In this document: positions 18,852-28,771 of the stretch, piece by piece | How positions within the stretch are numbered: position 1 is the stretch's first letter | How the letters are laid out: each line of letters begins with the position of its first letter | DNA from: Flavobacteriales bacterium | GTDB taxonomy: Bacteria > Bacteroidota > Bacteroidia > UBA4408 | Assembly (NCBI GenBank): GCA_040374085.1 | Contig: JBEIVB010000002.1 | Coordinates: forward strand, 9,621 to 73,620 | Length of the DNA stretch: 64,000 nt | Direction of reading: 5' to 3' | Notes under the pieces: model-generated | What the model was told of the DNA's origin: nothing | Database searches by the model: none | What the model saw: the letters and a program-made list of their open reading frames with translations, nothing else | Translations under genes and position numbers: made by a program

Positions 18852-20006
18852 ATGAACCCGTCTCTGAAACGCATACAAATGGTTGATCTGGGAGCCCAGT
18901 ATCAACACATAAAATCAGAGGTCGACACGGCTGTTGCCGGGGTAATCGACTCCTGTGCATTTATTAATGGACCCGAGGTAAAAGCTTTTTCTCAGGAGCT
19001 GGCCGATTACCTTAAGGTTAAGCATGTAATTCCTTGTGCAAACGGAACAGATGCTCTTCAAATTGCCATGATGGCCCTCGACCTGAAGCCAGGCGACGAA
19101 GTTATCACAGCCAATTTTACCTACGTTGCCACGGCCGAGGTAATCAAACTGTTGGGCCTAACCGCTGTTTTGGTAGAGGTGAACCCCGATACCTTTACCA
19201 TTGATCCTGAGGCGATTAAGAAAGCCATTACACCTAAAACCAAGGCTATTGTTCCGGTTCATTTGTATGGCCAGTGTGCAGACATGGAACCCATTTTGGC
19301 TATTGCAGCTGAGCATGGTTTGTATGTGATTGAAGATACGGCTCAGGCAATTGGTTCAACCTACCGTTTTTCGGACGGAAGATCTGCAAAGGCGGGAACT
19401 TTAGGAACCGTTGGATGTACATCCTTTTTTCCCTCTAAAAATTTGGGTTGTTATGGAGACGGTGGTGCCATGTACACCAACAACGACCATCTCGCTCAGC
19501 GCCTTAAGATGATTGCCAACCATGGGCAACGCGTCCAATACATCCACGACGATATTGGCGTTAACTCCCGTTTAGACAGCATCCAGGCTGCCGTTCTGAG
19601 GATCAAACTTAGGCACTTAGATTCTTATGCGGCTTCCCGCAATAGGGCTGCTGACTATTACGACCGAGCATTTTCCGGAAACCCGGCATTAAAGGTGCCG
19701 GGGCGAGCTCCCTGGTCAGACCATGTGTTCCATCAGTACACCCTCACGCTTCAGGGCGACTTCCGGGATGCGTTTAGGGAGCAACTCCAAGAGAATGGAA
19801 TTCCTACCATGATTTATTACCCTCTTCCTCTGCACCACCAAAAAGCATACGAGGATGCTCGTTTTCGAGATGAGGATTTCTCTATTACATTATCATTATG
19901 CAAAGGGGTTGTTTCTTTGCCCATGCATACTGAATTAGACGATGAAACACTCGCCTATATTTCTGATTTTGTCAACGCCATTTCCCGAAAACTTTTTGCA
20001 TTATGA
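18852..20006 (+). CDS. DegT/DnrJ/EryC1-family PLP sugar aminotransferase (WbpE-like)
   Basis: ...VDLGAQYQHIKSEVDTAV...FINGPEVKAFSQELADYL...CANGTDALQIA...; the start was moved to the ATG at 18852. Confidence 0.85.
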   Translation: MNPSLKRIQMVDLGAQYQHIKSEVDTAVAGVIDSCAFINGPEVKAFSQELADYLKVKHVIPCANGTDALQIAMMALDLKPGDEVITANFTYVATAEVIKLLGLTAVLVEVNPDTFTIDPEAIKKAITPKTKAIVPVHLYGQCADMEPILAIAAEHGLYVIEDTAQAIGSTYRFSDGRSAKAGTLGTVGCTSFFPSKNLGCYGDGGAMYTNNDHLAQRLKMIANHGQRVQYIHDDIGVNSRLDSIQAAVLRIKLRHLDSYAASRNRAADYYDRAFSGNPALKVPGRAPWSDHVFHQYTLTLQGDFRDAFREQLQENGIPTMIYYPLPLHHQKAYEDARFRDEDFSITLSLCKGVVSLPMHTELDDETLAYISDFVNAISRKLFAL

Positions 20007-21316
20007 AAATCGCTGTTGTTGGAACCGGTTATGTGGGGCTTGTTACCGGAACTTGTTTGGCTGAAACCGGAAATCATGTGGTTTGCGTTGACATAAATCA
20101 GGAAAAAGTGGCTAAAATGCAGGCTGGCATTGTTCCCATTTATGAGCCTCACCTAGACACCCTGTTCCACCGCAACATAAAAGACGGGCGTTTGACCTTT
20201 ACCACTCATTTAGCCGATGCTATAAAAAGTGCAGCTATTATTTTTCTTGCATTGCCTACTCCACCCGGCGAAGATGGAAGTGCAGATTTGCGCTACATTC
20301 TTGGTGTGGCTGCCGATTTGGGCCACTTGTTGGAGGATTACAAAGTAGTTGTAGACAAAAGCACCGTACCGGTGGGTACTGCGGAAAAGGTTAGACAAGA
20401 GATTGCCAAGCATTACAAAGGAGAGTTCGACGTAGTTTCCAACCCTGAGTTTTTGCGCGAGGGTTTTGCTGTAGATGACTTTATGAAGCCCGATCGAGTG
20501 GTGATTGGAACCAGCAGCCCCAGAGCCAGAAAGGCTATGGAGGAATTGTATAAGCCCTATGTGCGGCAGGGCAATCCAATTCTATTTATGGATGAGAAAT
20601 CAGCCGAGCTGACGAAATATGCTGCCAATGCATTTTTAGCAACCAAGATTACCTTCATGAATGAGGTAGCCAATTTGTGCGAGTTGCTTGGAGCCGATGT
20701 AGATGCCGTTCGCATTGGAATCGGCAGCGACGATCGCATCGGAAAACGTTTTTTGTTTCCGGGAATAGGGTACGGTGGAAGTTGCTTTCCTAAGGATGTC
20801 CAGGCTTTGGCCAAATCATCAACAGAGGTAGGTTATCGTTTCAACTTGTTGGAGTCGGTCATGAATGTAAACGAGAAGCAGAAAACCATTCTGCTTCCGA
20901 AAATCAAATCTTACTTTGGCGGCGACCTCAAGAACCGCACTTTTGCTGTGTGGGGGCTTGCTTTCAAACCCGATACAGATGACATTCGAGAGGCTCCGGC
21001 TCTGTACATCATAGAAGCTCTTTTGAAGGAAGGAGCGAAGGTTGTAGCCTACGATCCAGAGGCAATGGCCAATGTGCAAAAGCAGTTGGGTAATTCTATT
21101 TCTTTTGCCAAAGACCCATACCAAGCACTCGAGGGTGCAGATGCATTGATTATCGCAACCGAGTGGGGACAATTCCGGACACCCGATTTTGCCCTGATGA
21201 GCCAAAATCTGAAACAGAAGGTAGTGTTCGATGGTCGAAACCTTTTTGAAGTTGAGCAGATGCAGCTTATGGGTTACTATTATGCATCCATTGGCAGGAG
21301 TTTGGTGGGTTCTTAA
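20003..21316 (+). CDS. ugd: UDP-glucose 6-dehydrogenase
   Basis: MKIAVVGTGYVGLVTGTCLAE..., catalytic ...GIGYGGSCFPKDV...; 4-nt overlap with the upstream gene. Confidence 0.9.
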   Translation: MKIAVVGTGYVGLVTGTCLAETGNHVVCVDINQEKVAKMQAGIVPIYEPHLDTLFHRNIKDGRLTFTTHLADAIKSAAIIFLALPTPPGEDGSADLRYILGVAADLGHLLEDYKVVVDKSTVPVGTAEKVRQEIAKHYKGEFDVVSNPEFLREGFAVDDFMKPDRVVIGTSSPRARKAMEELYKPYVRQGNPILFMDEKSAELTKYAANAFLATKITFMNEVANLCELLGADVDAVRIGIGSDDRIGKRFLFPGIGYGGSCFPKDVQALAKSSTEVGYRFNLLESVMNVNEKQKTILLPKIKSYFGGDLKNRTFAVWGLAFKPDTDDIREAPALYIIEALLKEGAKVVAYDPEAMANVQKQLGNSISFAKDPYQALEGADALIIATEWGQFRTPDFALMSQNLKQKVVFDGRNLFEVEQMQLMGYYYASIGRSLVGS

Positions 21317-21401
21317 TGCATTGATAGACTGATTCTTACCCGCTGTAATTCGGCTTTTCTTTCGGCTCCCTGCCGTCTCCTCCAAGAGCAGCATTAATTG
21401 C

Positions 21402-21409
21402 TATCTTTG
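21402..21409 (+). promoter_or_regulatory. Candidate internal -7 box TATCTTTG upstream of the UDP-xylose synthase gene
   Basis: Matches TAnnTTTG 19 nt before the ATG at 21428. Confidence 0.3.
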
Positions 21410-21427
21410 CGCTTCCAGAAAAAAGCT

Positions 21428-22405
21428 ATGTCTCGTGATCGCGTGCTCATTACCGGTGCTGCCGGGTTTTTAGGTTCTCATCTTTGCGACCGTTTTATCC
21501 AAGAAGGGTATCACGTTATCGGTATGGATAATCTGATTACCGGCGATCTAAAAAACATTGAGCATTTGATGCGATTGGAACAGTTCGATTTTTATCATCA
21601 CGACGTTTCTAAGTTTGTTTTTGTTCCAGGCGATCTCAAGTACATTCTCCATTTTGCCTCTCCGGCCAGCCCAATTGATTATTTAAAAATCCCGATTCAA
21701 ACCCTCAAGGTTAGTTCTCTTGGAACCCACAATGTTCTTGGTTTGGCTCGGGTAAAAGGCGCGCGGGTTTTGGTTGCTTCCACCTCTGAGGTTTATGGTG
21801 ACCCAACGGTTCACCCTCAGCCAGAATCCTATTGGGGCAACGTTAATCCGGTTGGCCCCCGCGGTTGCTACGACGAAGCCAAACGATTTATGGAGGCGCT
21901 TACCATGGCTTATCATAATGCACACGGATTGGAAACCCGCATCGTACGCATTTTCAATACCTATGGTCCAAGAATGCGTTTGAATGATGGACGTGTGTTG
22001 CCCGCTTTCATTGGTCAAGCCTTGCGTGGTGAAGACCTCACCATGTTTGGCGATGGGTCGCAAACGAGGTCTTTCTGTTATGTTGATGATTTGGTTGAAG
22101 GCATTTATCGCCTTTTGTTGAGCGATTATGCATATCCGGTAAACATTGGGAATCCGGATGAAATCACCATCAAAGAGTTCGGTGAGGAAATCATTCGTTT
22201 AACCGGTACAAGCCAGAAGCTGATTTCCAAGCCATTGCCCGTTGACGATCCAAAGCAGCGCCGCCCAGATATCACCACGGCAAAATCTCTCCTCGGTTGG
22301 GAACCCAAAGTTTCGAGAGCTGAGGGTTTGCGCATTACCTACGACTATTTCAGAGGGTTAAGTAAGGAAGAACTCTCCAAAACGGAGCATCGCCAATTCG
22401 CATAA
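21428..22405 (+). CDS. UDP-glucuronate decarboxylase (UDP-xylose synthase), SDR family
   Basis: [17 protein letters not shown]..., ...YDEAKR..., strong UXS/ArnA-C-terminal-like pattern. Confidence 0.85.
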   Translation: MSRDRVLITGAAGFLGSHLCDRFIQEGYHVIGMDNLITGDLKNIEHLMRLEQFDFYHHDVSKFVFVPGDLKYILHFASPASPIDYLKIPIQTLKVSSLGTHNVLGLARVKGARVLVASTSEVYGDPTVHPQPESYWGNVNPVGPRGCYDEAKRFMEALTMAYHNAHGLETRIVRIFNTYGPRMRLNDGRVLPAFIGQALRGEDLTMFGDGSQTRSFCYVDDLVEGIYRLLLSDYAYPVNIGNPDEITIKEFGEEIIRLTGTSQKLISKPLPVDDPKQRRPDITTAKSLLGWEPKVSRAEGLRITYDYFRGLSKEELSKTEHRQFA

Positions 22406-22421
22406 CCTTCGCACATCGTTC

Positions 22422-22691
22422 ATGATCAAGCATTTCAACATTACCGTTTCAGGAAAGGTTCAAGGGGTTCTGTTTCGCAAACATTGTCTGGAAAAGGCTG
22501 CGCAACTCCGTTTGACAGGATTTGTCCAAAATCTTCCCAACGGTTCCGTTTGGATTGAAGCAGAGGGCCCTGTTCAGGCATTAAATCAATTGGTTATCTG
22601 GTGTCAGGATGGCTCACCGCGTGCCGAAGTAATGTCGGTGAAGTATGCCATTGGTGAGATTCAGGGTTATACCGATTTTGAAGTAAAGTGA
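22422..22691 (+). CDS. Acylphosphatase
   Basis: 89 aa; [41 protein letters not shown] is the acylphosphatase signature. Confidence 0.8.
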   Translation: MIKHFNITVSGKVQGVLFRKHCLEKAAQLRLTGFVQNLPNGSVWIEAEGPVQALNQLVIWCQDGSPRAEVMSVKYAIGEIQGYTDFEVK

Positions 22692-22693
22692 TT

Positions 22694-23272
22694 ATGGAAA
22701 AGGAATATTTTGCACATCCAACAGCGGTTATCGACGAGGGCTGTGTTATTGGTAAAGGAGCTAAAATATGGCATTTCAGCCACATAATGCCCGATTGTAC
22801 CATAGGCGAAAAATGCAACATAGGCCAAAATGTGGTGGTGTCACCCGGGGTAACCCTTGGGAAAAACGTTAAAGTACAGAACAACGTTTCCATTTACACA
22901 GGTGTGGTGTGCGAAGATGACGTTTTCTTGGGGCCCTCCATGGTATTTACCAATGTTATAAATCCCCGCAGTGCAGTGAATCGTAGAGAACAGTATGCTC
23001 CAACCCGGGTTGGCCGAGGTGCAAGCATTGGTGCCAATGCAACCATTGTTTGTGGGCATGATATTGGCCCCTTCGCTTTTATTGGAGCGGGTTCTGTGGT
23101 TACCAAGCATGTGCCTGCCTACTCCCTTTGGGTAGGTAATCCGGCACGTCAAATGGGTTGGATGAGTGAATTTGGTCATCGTTTGCAATTCGATGAGCAC
23201 GGCAAAGCAGTGTGTCCGGAAAGCGGACAGGTCTATTCTTTGCGCGATGGCGTTGTTACACGTGTTTCTTGA
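22694..23272 (+). CDS. Left-handed beta-helix (hexapeptide) N-acetyltransferase, WbpD-like
   Basis: ...[24 protein letters not shown]...[14 protein letters not shown]...GANATIVCG...[19 protein letters not shown]... closely mirrors P. aeruginosa WbpD. Confidence 0.85.
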   Translation: MEKEYFAHPTAVIDEGCVIGKGAKIWHFSHIMPDCTIGEKCNIGQNVVVSPGVTLGKNVKVQNNVSIYTGVVCEDDVFLGPSMVFTNVINPRSAVNRREQYAPTRVGRGASIGANATIVCGHDIGPFAFIGAGSVVTKHVPAYSLWVGNPARQMGWMSEFGHRLQFDEHGKAVCPESGQVYSLRDGVVTRVS

Positions 23273-23281
23273 TTTCGCTTT

Positions 23282-24292
23282 ATGAGGAAGATAAAATTCG
23301 CCGTAGTTGGTCAGGGGCATATTGGCCGTCGACATGCTGAAATGATCCGCCGCAGCGTGGCTTGTGAGCTGGTGGCAACGTGTGACGTGTTGCCTTCGAA
23401 AGACCTGGGTATAGAAGCACCCGAGGAGCCTTTCTTTCGTGATTTTTCCGACCTGCTTGCTCAGCATCCAGAGGTGGAGGTTGTGAACATTTGCACGCCT
23501 AACGGACTTCATGCACAACACAGCTTGATGGCACTTGAGGCAGGGAAGCACATTGTGTGCGAAAAGCCTATGGCGCTGAGCAAAAAGGACTGTGAGTCGG
23601 TTATCTACAAGGCGCTACAGATGCACAAGCAGGTGTTTTGTGTGATGCAGAATCGCTACAGTCCACCCTCCATTTGGCTGAAGGAGTTGATTACCAACCA
23701 AACCCTCGGTGAGGTGTTTATGGTACAACTAAATTGTTATTGGAATCGCGATGACCGTTACTACAAATCTGGAGGATGGAAAGGTACCAATGCACTAGAT
23801 GGCGGTACACTTTTTACACAGTTTTCTCATTTCATCGACATCATGTACTGGCTTTTTGGTGACATCACCGATATACAAGCCAAGTTCCGTGACTTTAATC
23901 ACGCCCATTCTACAGAGTTTGAGGATAGTGGTTTTGTGAACTTCAACTTTGTAAACGGTGGTATGGGTTCTCTTAACTATTCTACCTCCGTTTGGGACAG
24001 CAACCTAGAGAGCAGTCTAACCATTGTGGGCAGCAAGGGAAGTGTTAAGGTAGGCGGTCAATACATGGACAAGGTGGAACATTGCCACATTAAAGATTAT
24101 GTTCTTCCGGAGCTTGCTCCCACCAGCCCCGCCAACGATTACGGCCATTACAAAGGTTCGGCCAACAATCACCACTTTATCATTGAAAACGTTGTGAATA
24201 CCCTGCAAGGCAAGACAACCATCACCACCAATGCCCTTGAAGGCTTAAAAGTGGTAGACATCATTGAGCGTATCTACGCACAGCGTTTTTAA
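23282..24292 (+). CDS. Gfo/Idh/MocA-family oxidoreductase, WbpB-like (alternatively GnnA-like)
   Basis: KFAVVGQGHIGRRH..., ...HIVCEKPMAL... NAD-binding Rossmann plus C-terminal domain. Confidence 0.8.
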   Translation: MRKIKFAVVGQGHIGRRHAEMIRRSVACELVATCDVLPSKDLGIEAPEEPFFRDFSDLLAQHPEVEVVNICTPNGLHAQHSLMALEAGKHIVCEKPMALSKKDCESVIYKALQMHKQVFCVMQNRYSPPSIWLKELITNQTLGEVFMVQLNCYWNRDDRYYKSGGWKGTNALDGGTLFTQFSHFIDIMYWLFGDITDIQAKFRDFNHAHSTEFEDSGFVNFNFVNGGMGSLNYSTSVWDSNLESSLTIVGSKGSVKVGGQYMDKVEHCHIKDYVLPELAPTSPANDYGHYKGSANNHHFIIENVVNTLQGKTTITTNALEGLKVVDIIERIYAQRF

Positions 24293-24313
24293 CTACCATG
24301 TTGCCAATTCTTT

Positions 24314-24321
24314 TATTTTTG
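24314..24321 (+). promoter_or_regulatory. Candidate -7 box TATTTTTG upstream of the nucleotide-sugar dehydrogenase gene
   Basis: Matches TAnnTTTG; about 45-nt leader to the ATG at 24373. Confidence 0.3.
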
Positions 24322-24372
24322 CACCTACCCATCTCACACGGTGTTTAATCGACACTGATATTTGACGTTGCT

Positions 24373-25662
24373 ATGCACAAAGAACTCCTCAACAAAGAAG
24401 CCAAGCTTGCAGTTATTGGCCTAGGATATGTTGGATTGCCTATTGCACTTGCCTTTGCCCGCAAGATCTCGGTGATTGGCTTTGACATCAATCAATCTAG
24501 GGTTGATATGATGCGCCAGCGCATCGACCCTTCCCAAGAACTTCCTTCCGAGGCTTTTGAAGGAGCAGAAATAACCTTCACGGCCGACCTGAATGAACTT
24601 CGTGAAGCTCGCTTCTTCATTGTTGCAGTACCAACGCCAATTGATGAGCATAATCTCCCGGATTTAAAGCCCCTAATCAGTGCATCCAAAACCGTTGGTA
24701 AGGTTTTGAAGAAAGGCGATTATGTCGTGTTTGAATCTACGGTCTATCCGGGGTGTACAGAAGAAGATTGCATCCCCGTTCTGGAAGAAGTATCGGGGTT
24801 GAAATTCATCCAGGATTTTAAGGTCGGTTACTCACCTGAGCGCATAAACCCGGGTGATAAGGAGCACACCATTACCAAAATTCTAAAGGTGGTTTCGGGT
24901 TGCGATGCCGAGTCTTTGGAAGAAATCGCAAAGGCTTATGAAATCATTGTAGAACCGGGCGTGCACAAGGCTTCTTCCATAAAGGTGGCCGAGGCAGCAA
25001 AAATCATTGAGAACACCCAGCGCGATGTTAACATTGCTCTGATGAATGAGCTTTCCATCATTTTCAACAAGATGGGCATCAACACCTATGAGGTGCTTGA
25101 GGCTGCCGGAACAAAGTGGAATTTTTTGAAGTTTTTCCCCGGCTTGGTTGGTGGACATTGCATTGGAGTAGACCCATATTACCTTACGCACAAAGCTGAA
25201 TCGGTTGGCTATCACGCAAAAATCATCAATTCAGGTCGCTATGTAAACGACTCTATGGGTTTTTACATATCCAAGCAAACCGTAAAGAAAATCATAGCTG
25301 CTAAGAAAGATTTAAATAAGTCTACCGTTTTAATTATGGGAGCAACCTTTAAGGAGGATGTCAGCGACATTAGAAACTCCAAGGTTGCCGATGTGGTGAA
25401 AGAATTCAAATCCTATGGCGTAAATGTTGAGGTGGTTGATCCACATGCCGATTCTGAGGAGCTCATGCATGAATACGGATTTGGACTGGTTTCTGAGGCC
25501 GGTAAAGGATACGATGCTGTTGTAGTAGCAGTAAACCATGAAGCGTACAAAGGATTGGATGAATCCTATTTTTCATCCATTATGTCCAACGGTGCTATTT
25601 TGGTTGACATCAAAGGCTTATATAGAGGCAAGATTAAGAATCTTACCTATTGGAGCCTTTAA
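24373..25662 (+). CDS. UDP-N-acetyl-D-glucosamine (or mannosamine) 6-dehydrogenase, WbpA/TviB/WecC-like
   Basis: ...LAVIGLGYVGLPIALAFA...VPTP..., ...GLVGGHCIGVDPYYL... Confidence 0.85.
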   Translation: MHKELLNKEAKLAVIGLGYVGLPIALAFARKISVIGFDINQSRVDMMRQRIDPSQELPSEAFEGAEITFTADLNELREARFFIVAVPTPIDEHNLPDLKPLISASKTVGKVLKKGDYVVFESTVYPGCTEEDCIPVLEEVSGLKFIQDFKVGYSPERINPGDKEHTITKILKVVSGCDAESLEEIAKAYEIIVEPGVHKASSIKVAEAAKIIENTQRDVNIALMNELSIIFNKMGINTYEVLEAAGTKWNFLKFFPGLVGGHCIGVDPYYLTHKAESVGYHAKIINSGRYVNDSMGFYISKQTVKKIIAAKKDLNKSTVLIMGATFKEDVSDIRNSKVADVVKEFKSYGVNVEVVDPHADSEELMHEYGFGLVSEAGKGYDAVVVAVNHEAYKGLDESYFSSIMSNGAILVDIKGLYRGKIKNLTYWSL

Positions 25663-25728
25663 ATATTCCGGTATTGTGCAATTTGTCAATTGTTTTTCTC
25701 TGGGTTTCCGGATAATACATTTGCAATT

Positions 25729-26745
25729 ATGATTCTGGTAACAGGCGGCACTGGCTACATTGGCTCTCATACAGCGGTGGAGTTATTGCACGCAGGTTAC
25801 AACGTTGTTTTACTCGACAACCTAAGCAATTCTAATGCCGATGTTGCCGACCGGATCTCAACGATTACGGGCAAAAAGGCAACGCTCCATGTTGGAGATG
25901 TTAGTCTTCCCGAAACGTTTCAAGAGATTGAGCATCTCTACGGCATACCCGATGCGGTAATCCATTTTGCCGCATTTAAAGCGGTTGGAGAGTCTGTAGA
26001 TCAACCGTTGCGGTATTTTCGAAACAACATTGATGGATTGATTACGCCCCTTGAGAAGATGCTTTCATGGCCTTCGTGTAAGGGAATTGTATTTTCTTCC
26101 TCTTGTACGGTTTATGGGTCGCCGGATCATTTACCTGTATCAGAGAACAGTCCCATCTTGCCTGCCGCATCACCTTATGGTTATACCAAACAGGTTTGCG
26201 AAGGAATGCTTCGTGCAGTTTGCGCAGCATCTTCCCTTCAGGCCATTGCCTTGCGCTATTTTAATCCCATAGGTGCGCATCCCTCAGCCCTAATAGGGGA
26301 GTTGCCTCATGGGGTTCCCAGTAATCTCATGCCATTTGTTACTCAAAGTGCAATTGGCAAGCGGGGCCCCTTGCAGGTATTTGGCAACGACTACGACACA
26401 CCAGATGGTACCTGTATTCGTGACTTCATTCACGTGGTGGATCTTGCAAAAGCTCACGTGGCTGCTGTGAACCGTTTATTGGAGCGTAAGACGTCTTTGG
26501 GCTTTGAAGTGTTCAACGTTGGCACCGGAAAAGGATTCTCTGTGATGGAGGTCATACGCACGTTTGAGCGGGTGACCGGGGTTCAGGTTCCTTTCTTTGT
26601 TGGGCCGAGGCGACTGGGTGATGTTGGTCAGATATGGGCAAATTCCGCGCAAATAGAAAAGGAATTGGGATGGCGGGCATCCCATAACCTAGAAGAAATG
26701 GTTAGGTCTGCTTGGGAATGGGAACAATCGCTCCAAGCGATGTAG
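25729..26745 (+). CDS. galE: UDP-glucose 4-epimerase
   Basis: MILVTGGTGYIGSHT..., ...YGYTK..., ...FNVGTGKGFSV... The ORF-track start at 25690 is a TTG extension. Confidence 0.9.
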   Translation: MILVTGGTGYIGSHTAVELLHAGYNVVLLDNLSNSNADVADRISTITGKKATLHVGDVSLPETFQEIEHLYGIPDAVIHFAAFKAVGESVDQPLRYFRNNIDGLITPLEKMLSWPSCKGIVFSSSCTVYGSPDHLPVSENSPILPAASPYGYTKQVCEGMLRAVCAASSLQAIALRYFNPIGAHPSALIGELPHGVPSNLMPFVTQSAIGKRGPLQVFGNDYDTPDGTCIRDFIHVVDLAKAHVAAVNRLLERKTSLGFEVFNVGTGKGFSVMEVIRTFERVTGVQVPFFVGPRRLGDVGQIWANSAQIEKELGWRASHNLEEMVRSAWEWEQSLQAM

Positions 26746-26813
26746 TGGAAAAGCAGCCAACGTTTTACCGCCAAGCAATTAAGAAAACATGCCTGCCAAA
26801 GGTGGTAAGCCCA

Positions 26814-27416
26814 TTACGAGTCGGTGGTTACCACATTGATGTTGAGGAGGAAATCGTTGAAGATGAACCAATCCTTTTCGGAGCCAGGTTTTCCTTTTGC
26901 GCCATACTCAATTCCAAAAAGGGTTCTATCAATGGTAACAGATGCTGTTGCACGGGTTGAGTTTCCGTTTTTCTCAATCCGGGTGGTAAAACTCACTGGA
27001 TTCGCCTTATCCTTTATCGTCATCATCCCCTTTACTTCATAGGTGTTTTCCTGTGTAGGTATTACCTCTGTGATTCGGAAAGTTGCAGAAGGATACTTTT
27101 CCACCTCAAAAAAATCCTGATCCGATATGTGCTTTACAAGCTGTTTGTTGTCGTCCGGCTCGGTTATATCTGTAACCGTTATGCTGCGCATATCGGCCTC
27201 AAACATGCCACCCACCAGAACGTCATTCTTAAACTGCAATTCGGCTTTCGCGAGTTTTAGCTTACCGGTATGCGCACCAGAAAGGCTCGTTGCGCTCCAA
27301 CCAATTTCACTTTTGTTTACATCTACAGGCGGCACAACCACGCGGTATTTGTTGTAGAAATACCAACCTGTTGCTGCTGCCAAAAGGGTTACGAGAGAGA
27401 GTGTTAGCTTGTTCAT
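26814..27416 (-). CDS. YceI-family periplasmic protein
   Basis: 200 aa with signal peptide; YceI-like lipid/polyisoprenoid-binding beta-barrel pattern. Confidence 0.75.
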   Translation of the reverse strand: MNKLTLSLVTLLAAATGWYFYNKYRVVVPPVDVNKSEIGWSATSLSGAHTGKLKLAKAELQFKNDVLVGGMFEADMRSITVTDITEPDDNKQLVKHISDQDFFEVEKYPSATFRITEVIPTQENTYEVKGMMTIKDKANPVSFTTRIEKNGNSTRATASVTIDRTLFGIEYGAKGKPGSEKDWFIFNDFLLNINVVTTDS

Positions 27417-27506
27417 TGTTTTTTTTTCAAAACTCGCTCAATTGCTTTTTCGTGGATGTTAATGATGTGTTAATGCCTTCAAAAAAAACGTTAACTAAAA
27501 TGAGTT

Positions 27507-28673
27507 TTAAACTGACGGTTCCAGTCTGGTGGTTTTATAATCTCCTTTAAATAAACGATATCCAAGAAGTTTGCTTTCAATACCACCATTATCGAGATTG
27601 AACTTTAGGAATGGCTTAAGGCCAATGTGTTTTGCTGCTTCTGGATTGCCGCTTAAAATCCATGCTTCCCACCCGGTAAACTGGTGCTTGAGATGGGTTC
27701 CAAACGACCCATAAAGGGCATTCAAATCGGCTGGTTTTAGGCGCTCTCCATAAGGAGGATTGGTGACAATCCAGCCGGGCTTCTCGGAAGGTGGGGGAGT
27801 AGAAGTGGCATCGGCTTTTTTGAGTTTTACCTCTTCGTGGCATCCAATTTCTTCCAGGGTTTCGCGTGCAACATCGAGCGCCGCCTCGGAAATGTCCGAT
27901 CCGTACAATGGCGCCGGTGGATCCATGATTTTGCCGTTAGCAGCATCTACCACCTCCATCCAATTGCTTTTGTTGTAGAGGGGCCAGCGCTGAAACGCAA
28001 AACCAGTTCGGTAATAACCCGCAGGTACTTTTCTGGAAATCAGACTCGCCTCTGCCAACAGGGTTGCGCTTCCGCAAAAGGGGTCGAACAACGGCTTTTC
28101 CTGGTCCCAATTGGAAAGCTGAATAAGTCCGGCAGCCAGAACTTCATTCACACTTGCCGAGTAGCCTTTTGTTTTATAACCTCTTTTAAATAGTGGCACG
28201 CCACTGGTGTCCAACAGAATGGTTGCTTGTTGCTTGTAAATGTGCACTACAACCCTCAGGAAAGGATCCTCTTTGTTGACGTCTGGGCGCTTTCCGAATT
28301 TAAAGCGCATGCGATCGGCAATGGCATCTTTAACTTTCAGGGCAACAAACATAGTGTTGGCAAATTCAGATTGGTTTGCCTGGGCCTCTACTGCAAATGT
28401 TTGGGTGGGTGCCAGCCAATCTTCCCAGGGAAGGTGGTAGGCACCGCGGTAGAGTTGATCCTGGCTTCCTGCCTCATAAGCGCCCACTTTCCAAAGTACT
28501 TTCACTGCTAAGCGGCTGCAATAATTGAGGCGCATCATGGCGCTTGCGTCTCCCGAGCATGAAACAGCTCGGTTGGCAATTACTACTTCATCCAAGCCCA
28601 ACTCCTGGCACTCAATGGCCAACAGTTCCTCGAAACCCTGAAACGTCTTTATCACAAATTCCATTTTTTCCAT
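27507..28673 (-). CDS. THUMP-domain class I SAM-dependent RNA methyltransferase (RlmL/COG0116-like)
   Basis: N-terminal THUMP region and ...LFDPFCGSATLLAEA... plus ...IVTNPPYGERL... methyltransferase motifs. Confidence 0.85.
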   Translation of the reverse strand: MEKMEFVIKTFQGFEELLAIECQELGLDEVVIANRAVSCSGDASAMMRLNYCSRLAVKVLWKVGAYEAGSQDQLYRGAYHLPWEDWLAPTQTFAVEAQANQSEFANTMFVALKVKDAIADRMRFKFGKRPDVNKEDPFLRVVVHIYKQQATILLDTSGVPLFKRGYKTKGYSASVNEVLAAGLIQLSNWDQEKPLFDPFCGSATLLAEASLISRKVPAGYYRTGFAFQRWPLYNKSNWMEVVDAANGKIMDPPAPLYGSDISEAALDVARETLEEIGCHEEVKLKKADATSTPPPSEKPGWIVTNPPYGERLKPADLNALYGSFGTHLKHQFTGWEAWILSGNPEAAKHIGLKPFLKFNLDNGGIESKLLGYRLFKGDYKTTRLEPSV

Positions 28674-28771
28674 GGGCGATTTTTTTTCAGCTCAAAGGTG
28701 GGGTTTTGCCGCCACTCCCATCTGTTTGAGGCTTATTTTGTTTCTTCGCAGAACCAAAAAAAAACAAGAGA

